Part shown: in pieces, positions 37,450 through 51,494 of the stretch
Layout of the letters: every line of letters begins with the position of its first letter
Position numbering within the stretch: the first letter of the stretch is position 1
Origin: Octopus vulgaris
Taxonomy: Eukaryota
Assembly: GCA_951406725.2 (NCBI GenBank)
Contig: OX597815.1
Span: 207,514,001-207,578,000, forward strand
Direction of reading: 5' to 3'
DNA length: 64,000 bases
The notes under the pieces: generated by a model
What the model saw: only the letters and a program-made list of their open reading frames with translations
Told to the model about the DNA's origin: nothing
Databases searched by the model: none
Position numbers and translations under genes: made by a program

Positions 37450-40040
37450 TCGCTAGAGGCTTGGGAAAAGAAGAAGAGAAAGACGTCGAATTTTGTGGAA
37501 GCAAGGGAACCCCAAATAAGAGAAATCAACTTGAATGACATTGGTATCTATAAAGAAATTTGAACAAGGGAGAGACAAAATTTTAAAGTGTCTCCTCCCC
37601 CAGGAAGGTTGCAGTATGAACGTGAAAAAGTCATCTATTATAGAACTTACTCTGTAAAAGAGATGAAAATCTGTATAATGGAGATTGGCTTGATTGAAAA
37701 GGCACTGCAACTAATATGGAAGGAGGTGACATACCTCAACAAGACACGTAAATTTGGAACCGTGGAGGTGCACTTCTGAGATGCAGCCACCGTCAGGCTA
37801 CACTTTGCGACACCAATGAAAACGGAAGAGTGGGTGCTTCTACCCGTGTTTCCAGAGTAAGGATAGATGATATTCCCCCGTAAATTGATGTAGCCTGGGT
37901 GGTGGATGCAATCCTGCTAGGAGTAAAGGATAAAATCACTGTTCTACAAGCAACGTATACTTAGTGCGACCCTCCACGAGGAAGAGGAGGAGGAAGCAGC
38001 AACAACAACCGCAGCATCAACGTCAACAACAACTCAAGAAGGTAGTAGCAGCAACAATGAAGAGAAAGAGGAGGAGTGGTCTTCCATAAAAAGGAAAAAT
38101 ACACAGATTACCCCAACAAAACCTTCCACCACTAAGAAAATGAATGCTAATAAGCCAAAAACAACAAACTTGGACGAAAACCTAATGGCCGTTAAGGCCG
38201 CAAATAATAGACTTTTGAACAGTTGGCAGTCATTTCGATAAAATTTTAACCAAAGACATACATCTATATAAAATTGACCGGAAAAATTACGGAAGAATTC
38301 CTAAATGACATCAGGTCATGGAATTTAGATGTTATTGTTGCTACTGAAACCTGGATAAATGGGCCAAAAGACCTGCTCTTGCTCTTGGACGGTTATGAGA
38401 TATTCATTTCTTCAGGCCATCCTTCAGGCGGAAGTGGGGTGTTGGTCCTAATAAAAAAAACGGGTTTCAGAGAAAAACTTAATTTTTTCTGATCCAGAAG
38501 GTAGGCCCATCACTCTGCTAAACACAGATCTGAAGATTTTGGCCAAGGTGTTATCCAAAAGGTTGGCGCATGTCGCGGATGGTTTGGTCGGGGAGGCACA
38601 GGCATGTGTCATTCCCGCTAGAACCATTCAGGATAATCTCCACATTCTACGCTACATCGTAGAGGGATTTAATAGTAAACCTGGCAAGGGTTGGGTACTG
38701 GTCCATTTAGACCAAGCAAAAGCTTTCGATAGGGTTGACAATCGTTACCTGGTGTCGATCCTCGCGCAGTTCGGCCTGGGTCTTGGCTTCATTAGGTGGA
38801 TCATATCAATATATGACAACATTGACTCAATCGTTTGGGTGAACAGTTTTCTGTCAAAGCCGTTCTGTAGCAAACGCTCAGTTCGCCAAGGTATCGACTC
38901 TCCCCGCTTTTGTATGTGTGGGCTCTTGAGCCATTGCTGCGAAAGTTGAGTGGCATCTCGAGGGAGCCAGGTTGTGTGAAGTCGGTTTCAGCATACGCGG
39001 ACATCACCATCATCGTGACCGAGGGTAGGCGAGGCCATTAAGGATTAGGAGACGGTGGCAGGAGCAAAGATTAATCGTGGACAGTCAGTTGGCTTGCAGC
39101 TCAGCACCTGGAGAGGCAAGTCGATGTCTCCTGACAGCGTTGTGGGACGTTGGGTTTGATTAAGTTGTTAGGGGTCTGGTTTGGTCCAGACCTCCAAATA
39201 GAGAAGAACTAGGCTGAGGTATCGAGAAGGGTGACCCACGTAGTCAAGACCTGGTCTTGGCGGTGGCTATCCCTGAAAGGGAGGGCGGAAGTGGCCAATA
39301 TGTTTATCGCATCGGTCATCATTTACCGCCTGGCTGACGTTCCTTGCTCTGATTCGTGGTTAATCGAGCTGGAAAGACAGATCTTCCACTTCTTGTAGAG
39401 GGCTCGAAACCGCTTGTGAAACCCTCTATTTGTTGCCAAGAACCGTTAAAGGGTGGACTAGGGATGCCTTGGCTGTTGATGCGCAGACATGCACTGAGGT
39501 TGAGGTATCTGCAGCTCCAGCTGGATGGTGAACGGGTGTGGTCTCCGCTTGCGAAGCATATGTTTCCCAAGTTCACTAGTTTCGGTGGGCGGGAAACCTA
39601 GTTCCATCGTAGATCGAAGTTGGATACATGGTTTACGGAGTGCCGTAAGGCTCTCTTGCTATTCTGTCGCTCGGGTAATGCCAGCGGTTTACCCACATCT
39701 TTCTATAGAAGGATGGCAGATACCTTAGAGGAAACCCTAGGTCTCGATGATAATCAGCTGGCCAGTCTGTTCCAACGAACATTCGAGCCTGGATAACTTT
39801 CAGAGTTATATGGATTGGCAATGTTACCGAGGAGCCTTGCCCGTTCAAGATAAGCTCACAAGAGACAGTTTTCACGGCCCATTGACCTGCCCAAGATGCG
39901 GGCGGGACAGGGAAACCGTCCTGCATGCTATTGTTCAGTGCTCGGAGGTGTCGGACGTGTGGGCTTATGCTGAACAACTGTTGCCGAGCACTAGAAGAGT
40001 ACAGCTGTCGTCTGAGTCAATTCTAAAAATTGACCTACCT
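37450..40040 (+). mobile_element. Decayed, internally deleted Tx1/L1 LINE (ORF1, APE, RT and zinc-finger remnants)
   Basis: LDVIVATETW (APE); RPITLLNTDLKILAKVL, LDQAKAFDRV, SVRQG, AYAD (RT); GGLGMP; CPRCGRDRETVLHAIVQC; frameshifts throughout. Confidence 0.88.
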
Positions 40041-41066
40041 TCAGTACGGGGACACATGAAAGCTACGTGTCCCCAGGAACACGAAGAGGAGGAGATAGAG
40101 GAAGAACAAGAAGAAGAGGTTTCAACAGTAGAGGAGCAAAGTATGGAAGAACAGTACACAGTAGTGAAGAGGAAGAAGAGTAACGCGGACTACCAAAAAG
40201 TTCTAGGAAGAAAAGAAAAGGAAACTGAGAGAAGACGCAGAGCGTGAAACAAGGAAAGACGAACGAACAGAGAACAAATGAAAGGCCAACAAAAGTAGTT
40301 GAAGAGGTCGAAGAACGAAGAGAGAAACCGTTACCAACAAATAGTACGGAGGAGAAAGTACAGAAGAAAAAGGAAGTAGAAAGAGAAATTATAACAATAA
40401 AGAATGAGAGACATACAGAGATAGAAATACCAGCAACAGTAGAATAGATTGGTGAAGAACATCAGAGAGAGACACCGAAAGGAAAATAATTAAGAAATAT
40501 GATACAACACACACAAAAAGTGTAGAGATAGAAAAAAAAAGATTGTGAAAATGAAGAATGTAATTAGAATTAAATTATTACCCAACGAGAACAATGTAGA
40601 TTTGAAAGTTGTTTTGCTGGAGAGAGAGAGAGAGAGAGAGAGAGGAGAACGGTTAAAGAAATTGTTTGGCGAAAAGTTAGAAGTGACACCGGTAGAGTAT
40701 CGTTTTGATGAATTGTCGCCGGTGGTGGTACTCGAAGATTTAACGGAGTATTTGGTGTTAAATGAGGGTAAGTGAGGCAATTTTAAGAACAGAATAATTA
40801 GTGACTTTGTGCAAATTTTAAAAAAAAAGGGAAAAAAGGGAGAACCAACAGATACAAGACAGAATATTGAATTGTTAGTAAAACGTTATAAACAAACAGT
40901 AAAAAGAAACTGCCTTTTGGGGGACAGATCAGTCATTCCTTCCTCATTCTTCATTGTAACCAGAATTTCATACGATATATGTTTTTATGTACCCCCACTG
41001 TATTGTTTTGTATGTCCTTGTACTGCCCCCTCTCTATAAGGGCTATGTGCTCAATAAAAGAAATAA
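40041..41066 (+). mobile_element. Tx1-related ORF1-only derivative, 5'-truncated
   Basis: GHMKATCP knuckle end, E/K-rich frame, 3' end TTTGTATGTCCTTGT...AATAAAAGAAATAA similar to Tx1 ends. Confidence 0.6.
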
Positions 41067-41270
41067 GGACGTTGGCGTTGCCTTGGCGGAGGTTTGAATG
41101 CTCTTGTTTCCAAATGAGTTTATTTTCTATTTCCTAAAACTTCTGTGATATTTTTTTCATTATTCGCATCTTTAAGTAATGCAATAAATTTGTATTCAAT
41201 AAACATTTATATACTATAAAAGTTATTAGATGCAAAAAGAGCTCTACTTCTGCCGCACCCTGTATATATA

Positions 41271-41488
41271 CTCTTTTACTCTTTTACTTGTTTCAGTCAT
41301 TTGACTGCGGCCATGCTGGAGCACCGCCTTTAGTCGAGCAAATCGACCCCGGGACTTATTCTTTGTAAGCCCAGTACTTATTCTATCGGTCTCTTTTGCC
41401 GAACCGCTAAGTGACGGGGATGTAAACACACCAGCATCGGTTGTCAAGCAATGCTAGGGGGACAAACACAGACACATAAACACACACG

Positions 41489-41534
<46 letters not shown>

Positions 41535-41692
41535 TACGACGGGCTTCCTTCAGCTTGCGTCCACCAAATCCACTCACAAGGCATTGGTCGGCCTGGGGCC
41601 ACAACGGAAGACACCCGCCCAAGATGCCACGCAGTGGGACCGAACCCGGAACCATGTGGTTGGTCAGCAAGCTACTTACCACACAGCCACTC
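41271..41692 (-). mobile_element. SINE family A
   Basis: Full-length reverse copy. Confidence 0.9.
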
Positions 41693-42674
41693 ACAGTTGA
41701 AAAATAGGATATATATCAAGTAGTTAGCATGAAAAACCTCATAACGGAAAAATCCATCAATTATTCCTCTTAAATATATTTACTTATATTAAGTTTTGAC
41801 TTTAAGAGTCCCTCCTTGCGTGAGGCATTTATGTATAGTAATGCCCTTAATATATATATATATATATATATACACACAACGGGTTTCTACACGGTTTTCG
41901 CCCACCAAAGTCACACAGAGGGCATTGGTTGACCCGGGCCTATATACCAATTATGCATGTGGCTACAAAGCGAGATTTTTACCCACAAAGTCATGCCTGA
42001 GCCTACACGCATGCAGAAAGAGATCAATAGAATAAGCATCAGTCCTAAAACAGCATAGTGTAATAACTGAGACAGGTAAAAGAAGATATTTTGCAACAGA
42101 ACAGTAAGGTGCTATGAAGTGGGATTGAACCAGGAACGATGTGGTTAGGGAGCAAACTTCTAACTACATAACAACACTTGAGCCAACTGTTTTTTCTTTA
42201 AAGCCTTATGAATTTAGCGAAAATATTTTGCGTTAAACTGTAAAAGACAAAACATTTTCATATAAAACTGGAGAAATAATTATCTCTGGGAATCATTAAT
42301 TCTAAAAGCTCATAAAACCATGTGGGGGTCCTAGTGCACGAAAAATGGTTCTCTCTTTCCCTTTTCCCTCTCTCTCTCACTCACACGTACTCTCACACAC
42401 TCACACATGCATGCGTACACACTCATACACATACGAAAACCCTGGCACACCGGACGGATGCATAGAGCTCTTATGAACTCGCGCTACATTGGCTTCAAAG
42501 AAGCCTTACTAAGATGGGATTCATATAAAATGGAAATCTAAACTCAGAATAAACAGGAGAGGTACCGATTTATATATATAAATGCAGGGCAGCCCATAAG
42601 TCATGCATCAAAACGTTTGACATATTTATTTCAATTACGTTATTATAATTATTACTATTATTATTATATAATAT

Positions 42675-43858
42675 GAAGCGTTGACAGGAGCAAAATTTAA
42701 CGCGGAAAAATTAGGGAGCTTGCAAATCAGCACCTGGAGAGGCAAGTCCATGCCGTCCAAAAGCGTCGTGGGGCGCTGGACAGACGGTCCGGTTAAATTG
42801 CTTCGGGTCTGGTTCGGTCCAGACCTTCAAGTGGAGAAAAACTGGGACCAGGTGACGAGCAGGGTAACCAATCTCGTCCAGAAATGGACCGAGAGGAAGC
42901 TGTCCCTGAAAGATTGAGCGGAAGAGGCGAGTGCGTACATCGCATCCGTCATCTATTACCTATTTCTTTACTACCCACAAGGGGCTAAACACAGAGGGGA
43001 CATACAAGGACAGACAAAGGGATTAAGTCGATTACATCGACCCCAGTGCACGACTGGTACTTATTTAATCGACCTCGAAAGGATGAAAGGCAAAGTCGAC
43101 CTCGGCGGAATTTGAACTCAGAACGTAACAGCAGACGAAATACGGCTACACATTTAGCTCGGCGTGCTAAAGATTCTGCCAGCTCGCCGCCTTTTACCGC
43201 TTGACCGTCGTCCTTTGCCCTGTTTGCTGGCTGACCACGCTGGTGCGCTTACTCTTCCGCTTTCTGAGGAAGGGGCGCATTCCACTGGTCAGGCGCTCCA
43301 TCTGCTGTCAACAGCCGCTAAATGGAGGCTTGGGCATGCCGTGGTTGCTGATACGCAGACATGCGCTCAGGCTACGGCATCTCCAGCGTTTTGTTGACGG
43401 TGAGCAGGTGTGGTCGCCAATAATCAGACACGTTCTTCCACAGCTCGTCTCTTTGACTGAACTGCAATCGTGGATTAGGCGTAGACCGAGGAGGGGTGCT
43501 TGGCACCTTGAGTGCCGTCAAGCACTCACAGCCCTCCGCGAGGTCGGTGGTAGTTCCACTCTAGCGTTCTATAGAGGATTAGTGGAGGTAAAGTGCGACG
43601 TCGTTCTGGGGAAAAACTCTGGGCGTCGATGGGGATCAACTTACTGGCGTGTTTCGGATAAATTTCTGGCCTGGGCCTATGGATAACTTCCAGAAATCTC
43701 TAGCCTAGTAGTGCTACCGAGGGGAGCTACCCGTTCAGGATAAACTTTACAAGCACGGAAGTGCTGTCAGTCGGGCCTACCCAAGGTGCGCACAAAGCGA
43801 CGAAACGGTTCTTCACGCCCTCTTCCAGTGCCCTGCTGTCACGTGTAGGATGGACCCG
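42675..43858 (+). mobile_element. Tx1/L1 ORF2 fragment interrupted by SINE B (42961-43193, minus)
   Basis: TGAKFNAEK...VKLLRVWFGPDLQVEKNW and GGLGMPW, homologous to 39050-39950. Confidence 0.85.
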
Positions 43859-44113
43859 ATTACATATATATATATACACATATATATATATTCATATATA
43901 TATACATATATACATATATATATATATATACATATATACATATATATATACATATATATATACACATATATATACTATATATACGTATACATATATACAC
44001 ATATATATATACTATAAATATACACATATACATATATATATTATATATATATATATATACACATATACATATATATACTATATATATATACACATATATA
44101 TACTATATATATA

Positions 44114-44519
44114 CTCTTTTACTCTTTTACTTGTTTCAGTCATTTGACTGCAGCCATGCTGGAGCACCGCCTTTAGTCGAGCAAATCGACCCCGGGACTT
44201 ATTCTTTGTAAGCCCAGTACTTATTCTATCGGTCTCTTTTGCCGAACCGCTAAGTCACGTAAACACACCAGCATCGGTTGTCAAGCAATGCTAGGGGGAC
44301 AAACACAGACATACAAACATATACACACACACTTATATATATATATACATATATACGACAGGCTTCCTTCAGTTTCCGTCTACCAAATCCACTCACAAGG
44401 CATTGGTCGGCCCGGGGCTATAGCAGAAGACACTTGCCCAAGATGACACGCAGTGGGACTGAACCTGGAACCATGTTGTTGGTAGGCAAGCTACTTACCA
44501 CACAGCCACTCCTGCGCCT
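44114..44519 (-). mobile_element. SINE family A
   Basis: Full-length reverse copy. Confidence 0.9.
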
Positions 44520-44569
<50 letters not shown>

Positions 44570-44806
44570 TATATATACATTTATGCATACACGTGTATAT
44601 ATGCATGTATGTAAATATTACTGTGTATATTATCGCCAAATGCACATTCGTCTTTCGTATGTGTATACACACACACACACACACATGTATGTATGCATGC
44701 ATGCATGCATGTATGTATGTATGCATGCATGCATGCATGTATGTATGCATGCATGCATGTATGTATGTATGTATATATGTATGCATGTATACATACATAC
44801 ATACAT

Positions 44807-44837
<31 letters not shown>

Positions 44838-45011
44838 TACATACATACCGACCGACCGACCGACCGACCGACTCTCAGATTCACCCACTTATTGCAACGA
44901 TCCTTCAATTTTTCTAAACCTTGTAAAAGGAATCGGAAGGCTGGGCCTCCAACAAGGCCTTTCACAATACCCTTAAAGCCAGGGACGTTTCAACAGCCCC
45001 TCGTAAATAAG

Positions 45012-45959
45012 GACTATCCCATTACTTGGTTACCAAACATTTGTTGTGACCGTTGGTGATTGTATTGTTTTAACATTAAGTCATGATCATCCTGGCTTTT
45101 TGTTTTAAGTACATCGTACATTGGATATCACATTAAGACGGCGGAATGGGAATTGAGGGAGATATTGCAGTTATTTCTAGCATGTGGATGGACGACGAAG
45201 AAGCTTCCTCGTTGACTTATTTCCAAAGAATTGCCTTGTCAAATAGAAGTGTCTGTCATAAAATTGGGAAGGAAAAACTAAAAGAGGCTGACGAAAAACT
45301 ACTGTTATTACAATTTTACAGTCATTGTTAGGAAGATCAAAGTCTTGAGTATAACAAAATAAATAAATAAATAAAAGAATGCCACTAAAATTGCTGTCAT
45401 ATGAATTTGAACCATCAATGTTTTGGATTGAGCATTCCTAACTACTATTGTACTAAAAATAAAAATTTAAAAATGAGCTAATATATGCGATTATAAAAGT
45501 CAAGAATATGTTGTTTTTTTTATTTCAAGCTTGTATTCACTCATTTTTGTAAATTGCTGTGTTACTTACGAAGTTTTGCTTGTTGCTACTACTTGGTTCT
45601 CTTCTTCATTACTAAGAGCCCTTCCTTTCTCTAAAATCCAACAGATTTGGTGACGAGGTTGAGATTACCCAAAACTACTAAGAATATCTATCTATTACTA
45701 AAATGGAGAAAGCTGCTTATTAATTAGGTATGTAACAATTACTAAAAGTTCTAAAAGAGAGCAGTTATTAAATAGTTGATCGTCTGGAAATACAGACTAT
45801 CCCGTTACTTGGTTACCAAACATTTGTTGTGACCGTTGGTGATTGTATTGTTTTAACATTAAGTCATGATCATCCTGGCTTTTGTTTTAAGTACATCGTA
45901 CATTGGATATCACTTTAAGACGGTGGAATGGGAATTGAGGGAGATATTGCAGTTATTTC
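45012..45959 (+). repeat. 165-bp near-identical direct repeat
   Basis: 45012-45177 matches 45795-45959 with only a few differences. Confidence 0.9.
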
Positions 45960-46810
45960 ATGTTCTAAGTAATTTCCTATGATTTCGATTTCTCAAGTTT
46001 ATTGAATTTTTTAACACTAAATTTCTCACAAATTTGAATATTCATTGCATCCACTACGGAGTATTTCATTTGCAAAGTCTCTCACTTTCTGTTTCGATGT
46101 TTTTATTTCAAGTTTTAATTCACTATTTGGAAAACCGTCTGTTTATTCTATTAATGTATACGTAATGGAAAAACATTATTTATTGAATGAAAATTTTTTA
46201 ATACACCGGTATAATTTTTGTAAACAAAAAAATCTCAAGTGATTTTGTTATGGCTGTTTGTTATAACTACCCGGACCGATTTTGGCCATTTTCTTTTTTA
46301 ACTTAAAAGCCATGGAAGGAGCCTTTCCGGTAAAAATAAATAGATAAAAATAGATATTTTCAGAGGAAAAGTGAAAAATTCAAGGGAGATTTCGCTGTTG
46401 TTTCTAGCACAACCCAAACCACCCTCCCTTTTCACTCTCACATGCATTGATCCTTTTTCAGTATTTTTCTCCCATTAAACACATTTTATGGAATGATGAT
46501 GCCGAAGTAACACACGCCTGGTCCATTGGTAGAATATAAGCGACAAAATAAATTGCAATCTAAAATTTTACCTTCACCTCAATCAAGCGAAGCCGTGTGT
46601 GTAAGAAAAAACATTTTCTAACCGAAAAATACGCTATTAAAATGAATTATCGTTTACATAACACCTTTTTTTTTTTAAATAAATCCCTGTGGATAAATGC
46701 CAGAAATGACCTTTTCAGGCTCTCCAATATTTTAATTTCTGAACAGAAACAATCGGGAGTGTGGAGTTGCAAAAGATTCATAATTTCTTAAATTTTCTTT
46801 TTATAGCATA

Positions 46811-47325
46811 CTAGCAGTATCGCCCGGTGTTGCTCGGGTTTGTAAGGGAAATAACTATATAAGCATTTCTAGAAACATTTCAAAAGCATTTCAAAAACAA
46901 ATAGCAAAAAAAAAAAATGCATTAAAAATGGAAAAAAAATGATGGTAATTTTTTTTTTAAATCATAGACTTATCGTAGACATTTTTAGAGAGTTACTTCC
47001 CTTATATAATAGCGAAAAAATGCATTAAAATGGAAAAAAATTATGGTAAATTTTTTTTTAAATCGTTGACTCATCGTAGTCATTTTTAGAGAGTTACTTC
47101 CCTTATATAATAGCGAAAAAATGCATTAAAATGGAAAAAAATGATGGTAAATTATTTTTTAAATCGTAAACTCATCGTAGACGCGCGCTAATACCCAGAA
47201 GGGCTCGATATGAATCACGACTATAAGATACCCGCTTTTGGTTAAACTGCACCGCAAAATGTGGGAGTAGTTAGGAATCTAAATCGTAGGAGACAGACAC
47301 ACAACTTCACTTTTATATATAAAGA
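46811..47325 (-). mobile_element. Non-autonomous Helitron H-A with a ~100-bp internal unit in about 3 copies
   Basis: CTAG at 46811, TC start at 47325, hairpin, A|T site. Confidence 0.9.
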
Positions 47326-48177
47326 TAAATATATTTATGGGAGAAAGATATTGAAAAACATCAACCCATGCGAGAGTTATAAAGAAACGAAAAGGGTTGT
47401 CTTTGAATGTGCTAGAAATCGCCAAATCGCCCTTAAATCACTCACTTTTCCCTCTGAATTTTTTTTACCGAAAATGCTCTTATGGTTTTGAAGTGCAAAA
47501 AAATGGCCAAAATAGGTCCAGAGTTGAATGATGAGGGAGGAGGGGGTAAAAAAATTTTTCATAACTTTTTTTTCATACAAAGATGCATCCAGCCCGTCAC
47601 AAGGCTGTGGTCTAAAAAAGAAATGAGGAAACTCCCCGAAAAAATTTTCCCCACAAATTTCTTTATGATCGTAACCTATGCCGTTTGAAACTGATTTGTA
47701 TAAACTTACATGAAAAGACACCGATTTTCAAGAAAGTTATGAGAGGAAAAAGTCAGATCTTGTGAATTTTCCGAAACTCCTCTCTACCCCCTCGGAAAAA
47801 TTCTTTCCCCATAAACCCCTATATACTCTGAAGCCACAACATCTAAGCGGTATTTGTAGAAAATTTTGTTGAAAAGTATCCATTTTTCTGGATGTTATGA
47901 GGTAACAAAGTCGGAGGCGCATGCATTTGTAATAATGTCCTTTTATTTATACGATTTTTCATTTCATATTTATTTATTTCATTCATTGTTTGCAATGTCC
48001 TCTCTCCCCCGCTTCTCTCTCACACATGCTCTCTCTCTTTCTCACACACACACACACTGCAAAACTTCCAGATGGGCTGCTGAATTGAAATCTCTATGTT
48101 GCTTTGAGGGGAAGGTAAAACTTGACAAACTGCTTCTCCCTCTGTTGGACTATCGTGATGTTTGTTTTAAAAAAGTG

Positions 48178-48365
48178 GGTGCTATTCATGAAGAGTGGTC
48201 CCAGTGCGCGCACTCGCGCTCGGTAGTCGTGAGTAGTCGATGCTACAATGCAAATCACTAGATGCGCAAAGCAGGTTAGGGTTAGTGATTTACATTGTAG
48301 CATCGACTACTCACGACTAACTAGTGCGGATGCGCGCACCGAGACCACTCTTCTTAAATAGTACC
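48178..48365. mobile_element. 188-bp fold-back MITE, 8-bp TSD, TTAGGG in the loop
   Basis: GGTGCTATT...AATAGTACC termini, arms of about 85 bp; TSD AAAAAGTG/AAAAAGCG; GGTTAGGGTTAG at the centre. Confidence 0.85.
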
Positions 48366-49046
48366 AAAAAGCGATTATGACTGTGACAAAATCATGAAAG
48401 CAGTATTTACTAAGCAAGTGAGCGCTATTATACAAAGAAATGATTAGACGTAAAATATCATAAAAATTATTAGTATTGGGAATCAAATGTGAAAATATTA
48501 TCTTGGGACTAGCAGAAAACCGCCCGGAAGGCAGTCTTTCTGATTGTGAAGTTAGTCATCTGAAAGATAACAAAAGAAAAAAAGAATCTACTGAATAAGA
48601 ACTTGCAAAAAGATATAACAAATTACCGATGGCAAAACCACTCAGCACAACGATGACTGACTGGATAACTGGGGTCAGTTTTAAGCAGTAATAGACATAA
48701 TTCAAAGAGTCTTGGGCGCAACTGATCCAGGTGTTGACCCAGCAAATGGAAGTTCACTCGCCCAATAACTCCTCTTAGCAGATGCATGATTTGGGGGTGA
48801 TCTCACTAACCTGTCCCATTAGTTTATCTGAACAATAACAACAGCATTTCGTCCCCTCCTTCCATACTTGATGTCACTAAGTTGTCAAATTCTCTTGGTT
48901 GTTGACCAGCAAACGCTTCGAAACAATCTCCACCACCCGGTGGAATCATAAACATTATTCATTTGACCTGTGCAGGACATCAAATATACCACTAAGATAC
49001 CTTTTTTTCCCTCATTCTGGCTCAGGGTAATTGGTTAATTACATGG

Positions 49047-49302
49047 TCAACCTGTGAAAGGTAAGAGAGTCCAGTTTGCTGGACATTGTTGTAGAACTGA
49101 AAAAGAGGTAATTTCTACTCATCTCCTCTGGAAGCCATCTACTCGCAATACCAGAGGGCGCACACTCTCCTACCCTGATGTAATCTCCAGGGATACAGGC
49201 ATCCAGCAACAGGACCTCCGTAATACTATGATGGACCGTGAAGTCTGGCGTAGCATGGTAAATTCCATTGTCTCGACCACGGTCGAACAATGATGATGAT
49301 GA
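49047..49302 (+). mobile_element. RTE LINE 3' fragment
   Basis: Homologous to 2283-2545; (TGA)n tail. Confidence 0.88.
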
Positions 49303-51451
49303 AGTATTTATTGACCGGTTGACTCAACATTAATTGAATTTTATTTTCTCTCATTTGTACACTTTGGAGTCTGACTGCTCAACCATATATCCATTTACCT
49401 TAAAAGAAGTTCTAACATTCAGATAGATATGCATATGTCTATATACATTTATGCATACATGTCTATATGTGCTTGTATGTAAATATTACTGTGTATATTA
49501 TCGCCAAATGCACATTCGTCTTTCGTATGTGTATACACACACACACACACACTCTTTTTCTGTTTCTCTCTCTCCCATACTGAGAGAGATAATCGCCAAT
49601 CGCATATATATTTGTACGTTTTAATCTATTCTAACAAAATTGTCTATGCCTTCACTTTTCGCCGCATCCACTTCGGTTCAAATGTCAAGTAAAGGACGTT
49701 TATAAGATATTTATCTTTTCTATAATATATCGTATGATGTTCAATCCAGCCAAATTTTTACGTTCCCTCTTCACTATCAGCAGTTTCTCCTTTTTATTTC
49801 ATTTCTTTTCGTTTTTTTTGTTTTCCTATTTATTTTGTAGGCGGGAGAGTGTTTGTTTATCCATCAAATATTATCCTTAAGTGATAAGATGGTCGACTGC
49901 CAGAACTGATAATACATTCATATATTCTCTTAAACTTTAAAGCTCTCCACCACCACCACCATCGCCTACCCCGTCTTCCTTCCACCCAAAATACTTCACT
50001 TTATTAAGTGCAATTATCTGCTGCTGCAAACTTAAGCGTCTTGCGCAACTTGAGAATTTTTTTTTTTCCTATAATTTTCTAGCTTTCTCTCCAAACTGGC
50101 ATCTCTGAAATACTTTCATACTTAAAATATTTATACGTGACAATAGACCTTTGACTCCGCTGTAAAAATACTCGGCTTGAAATTCTAAGTAACAATGTCC
50201 CAGCTGGTCCCCTGAAGAGAGAATTTCGAATTCTTCGTTGAAAATAAAAGCATAAATGGTAAACAGATCCTTCAAGGCAGGTCAGATTTATCAGTGCTTG
50301 TGATTTGTTTCAATATTCTTCGCAAGATAGTAGAATTTGTCCCTCTCTACGACAGTGAAAAAGATGAATGATGTCCCACAGTCTATAAAAGAACACGTGG
50401 TTTTATTCACGTCTCTTAATTTTTCTATTTCACTTTTTTCACATGTTTATTCTAAGTGGAACAGCTTCAGAGAAATAAAAATCATAAGTTGTGTGGTCAA
50501 GAAGCTAACATTGCAGCCACCTGGTTTCTGGTTCAGTCCCACTGTGCGGTACCTTGCGCAAGTCTTCTACTATACAACTACAGGCCAAGTAATGAGAGAA
50601 TTTGATTGATGGAAAACGTGGAAGACCGTCGGGTGTGTGTTTGTCCCCCACTGCTACTTGACAACCGATGTTCATTTGCTTACATCGCCATAACTTAATT
50701 CAGCAAAAGAGAGCGATAGAATAGACGCCAGACATTTAAAAAAAAGTACAAGGGTCGATTTATTTAAACCCTTCAAATAAGAAATGACTTGCGGAAATAT
50801 ACGGTAGACCCTCTTGTCGTAGACGAAGTATGATCTTCTGCCATTTCTTCCTTAACAACCAGCACAAACGATTTGTTTAGTGATCAAATGTTTGTGTTGT
50901 ACAGTTGCTCACTCCCTCCATCAAATCTACAATGCCACATGTCAGATGTCGAAGTGCGATGAAGAGCAATGAGAGATGAGATGTTTTGCTCAAAAACCAA
51001 ACAACTCTCGCCTGGTCTGGGAATCGAAACCACTGTTTCGCGATCGAAAGTGCATCATTCTAACCACTAGGCCACGCGCTCACACATTTGTAGAAATAGA
51101 AAATATGAAACTTTAAAAAATAATCAAACAATTCAAAGAAGAAACGATCAGTGTAAAATAATATTTCACAATTTCTCTTAGAATAAAAAATTGTGTACAT
51201 AGTCTTTTTTTTTTTTTTTTTTGGCATTATGTTAATCCTCAAATGGCTCGGTATAATTTGATTGTTAAAAAGCATCAAATTAGTTTAGGGAATGAATGAG
51301 TTTTAAGAGCAGTATTATAAAATAGAGGGCAGTTTTTAATTTGTATAAGGTACTCAAGATCCTCGTCTCTAAAACTGGATTACGAACCTTACTGTAGGAT
51401 AATTTTGCGGTTGTGCAAAAACCCCAAGAGAGGATATATGCATCTTTTATA

Positions 51452-51494
<43 letters not shown>

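Noticed and set aside
39747-40247. 166-aa ORF joining a zinc finger to an acidic tract
   Set aside because: Chance in-frame junction of two retroelement remnants near 40040.
46905-47180. Regularly spaced repeats suggestive of CRISPR
   Set aside because: Contiguous ~100-bp tandem units inside a Helitron, no unique spacers, no cas genes, eukaryotic context.
48620-49000. Faint similarity to a LINE endonuclease on the minus strand
   Set aside because: Too decayed to support without a profile search.
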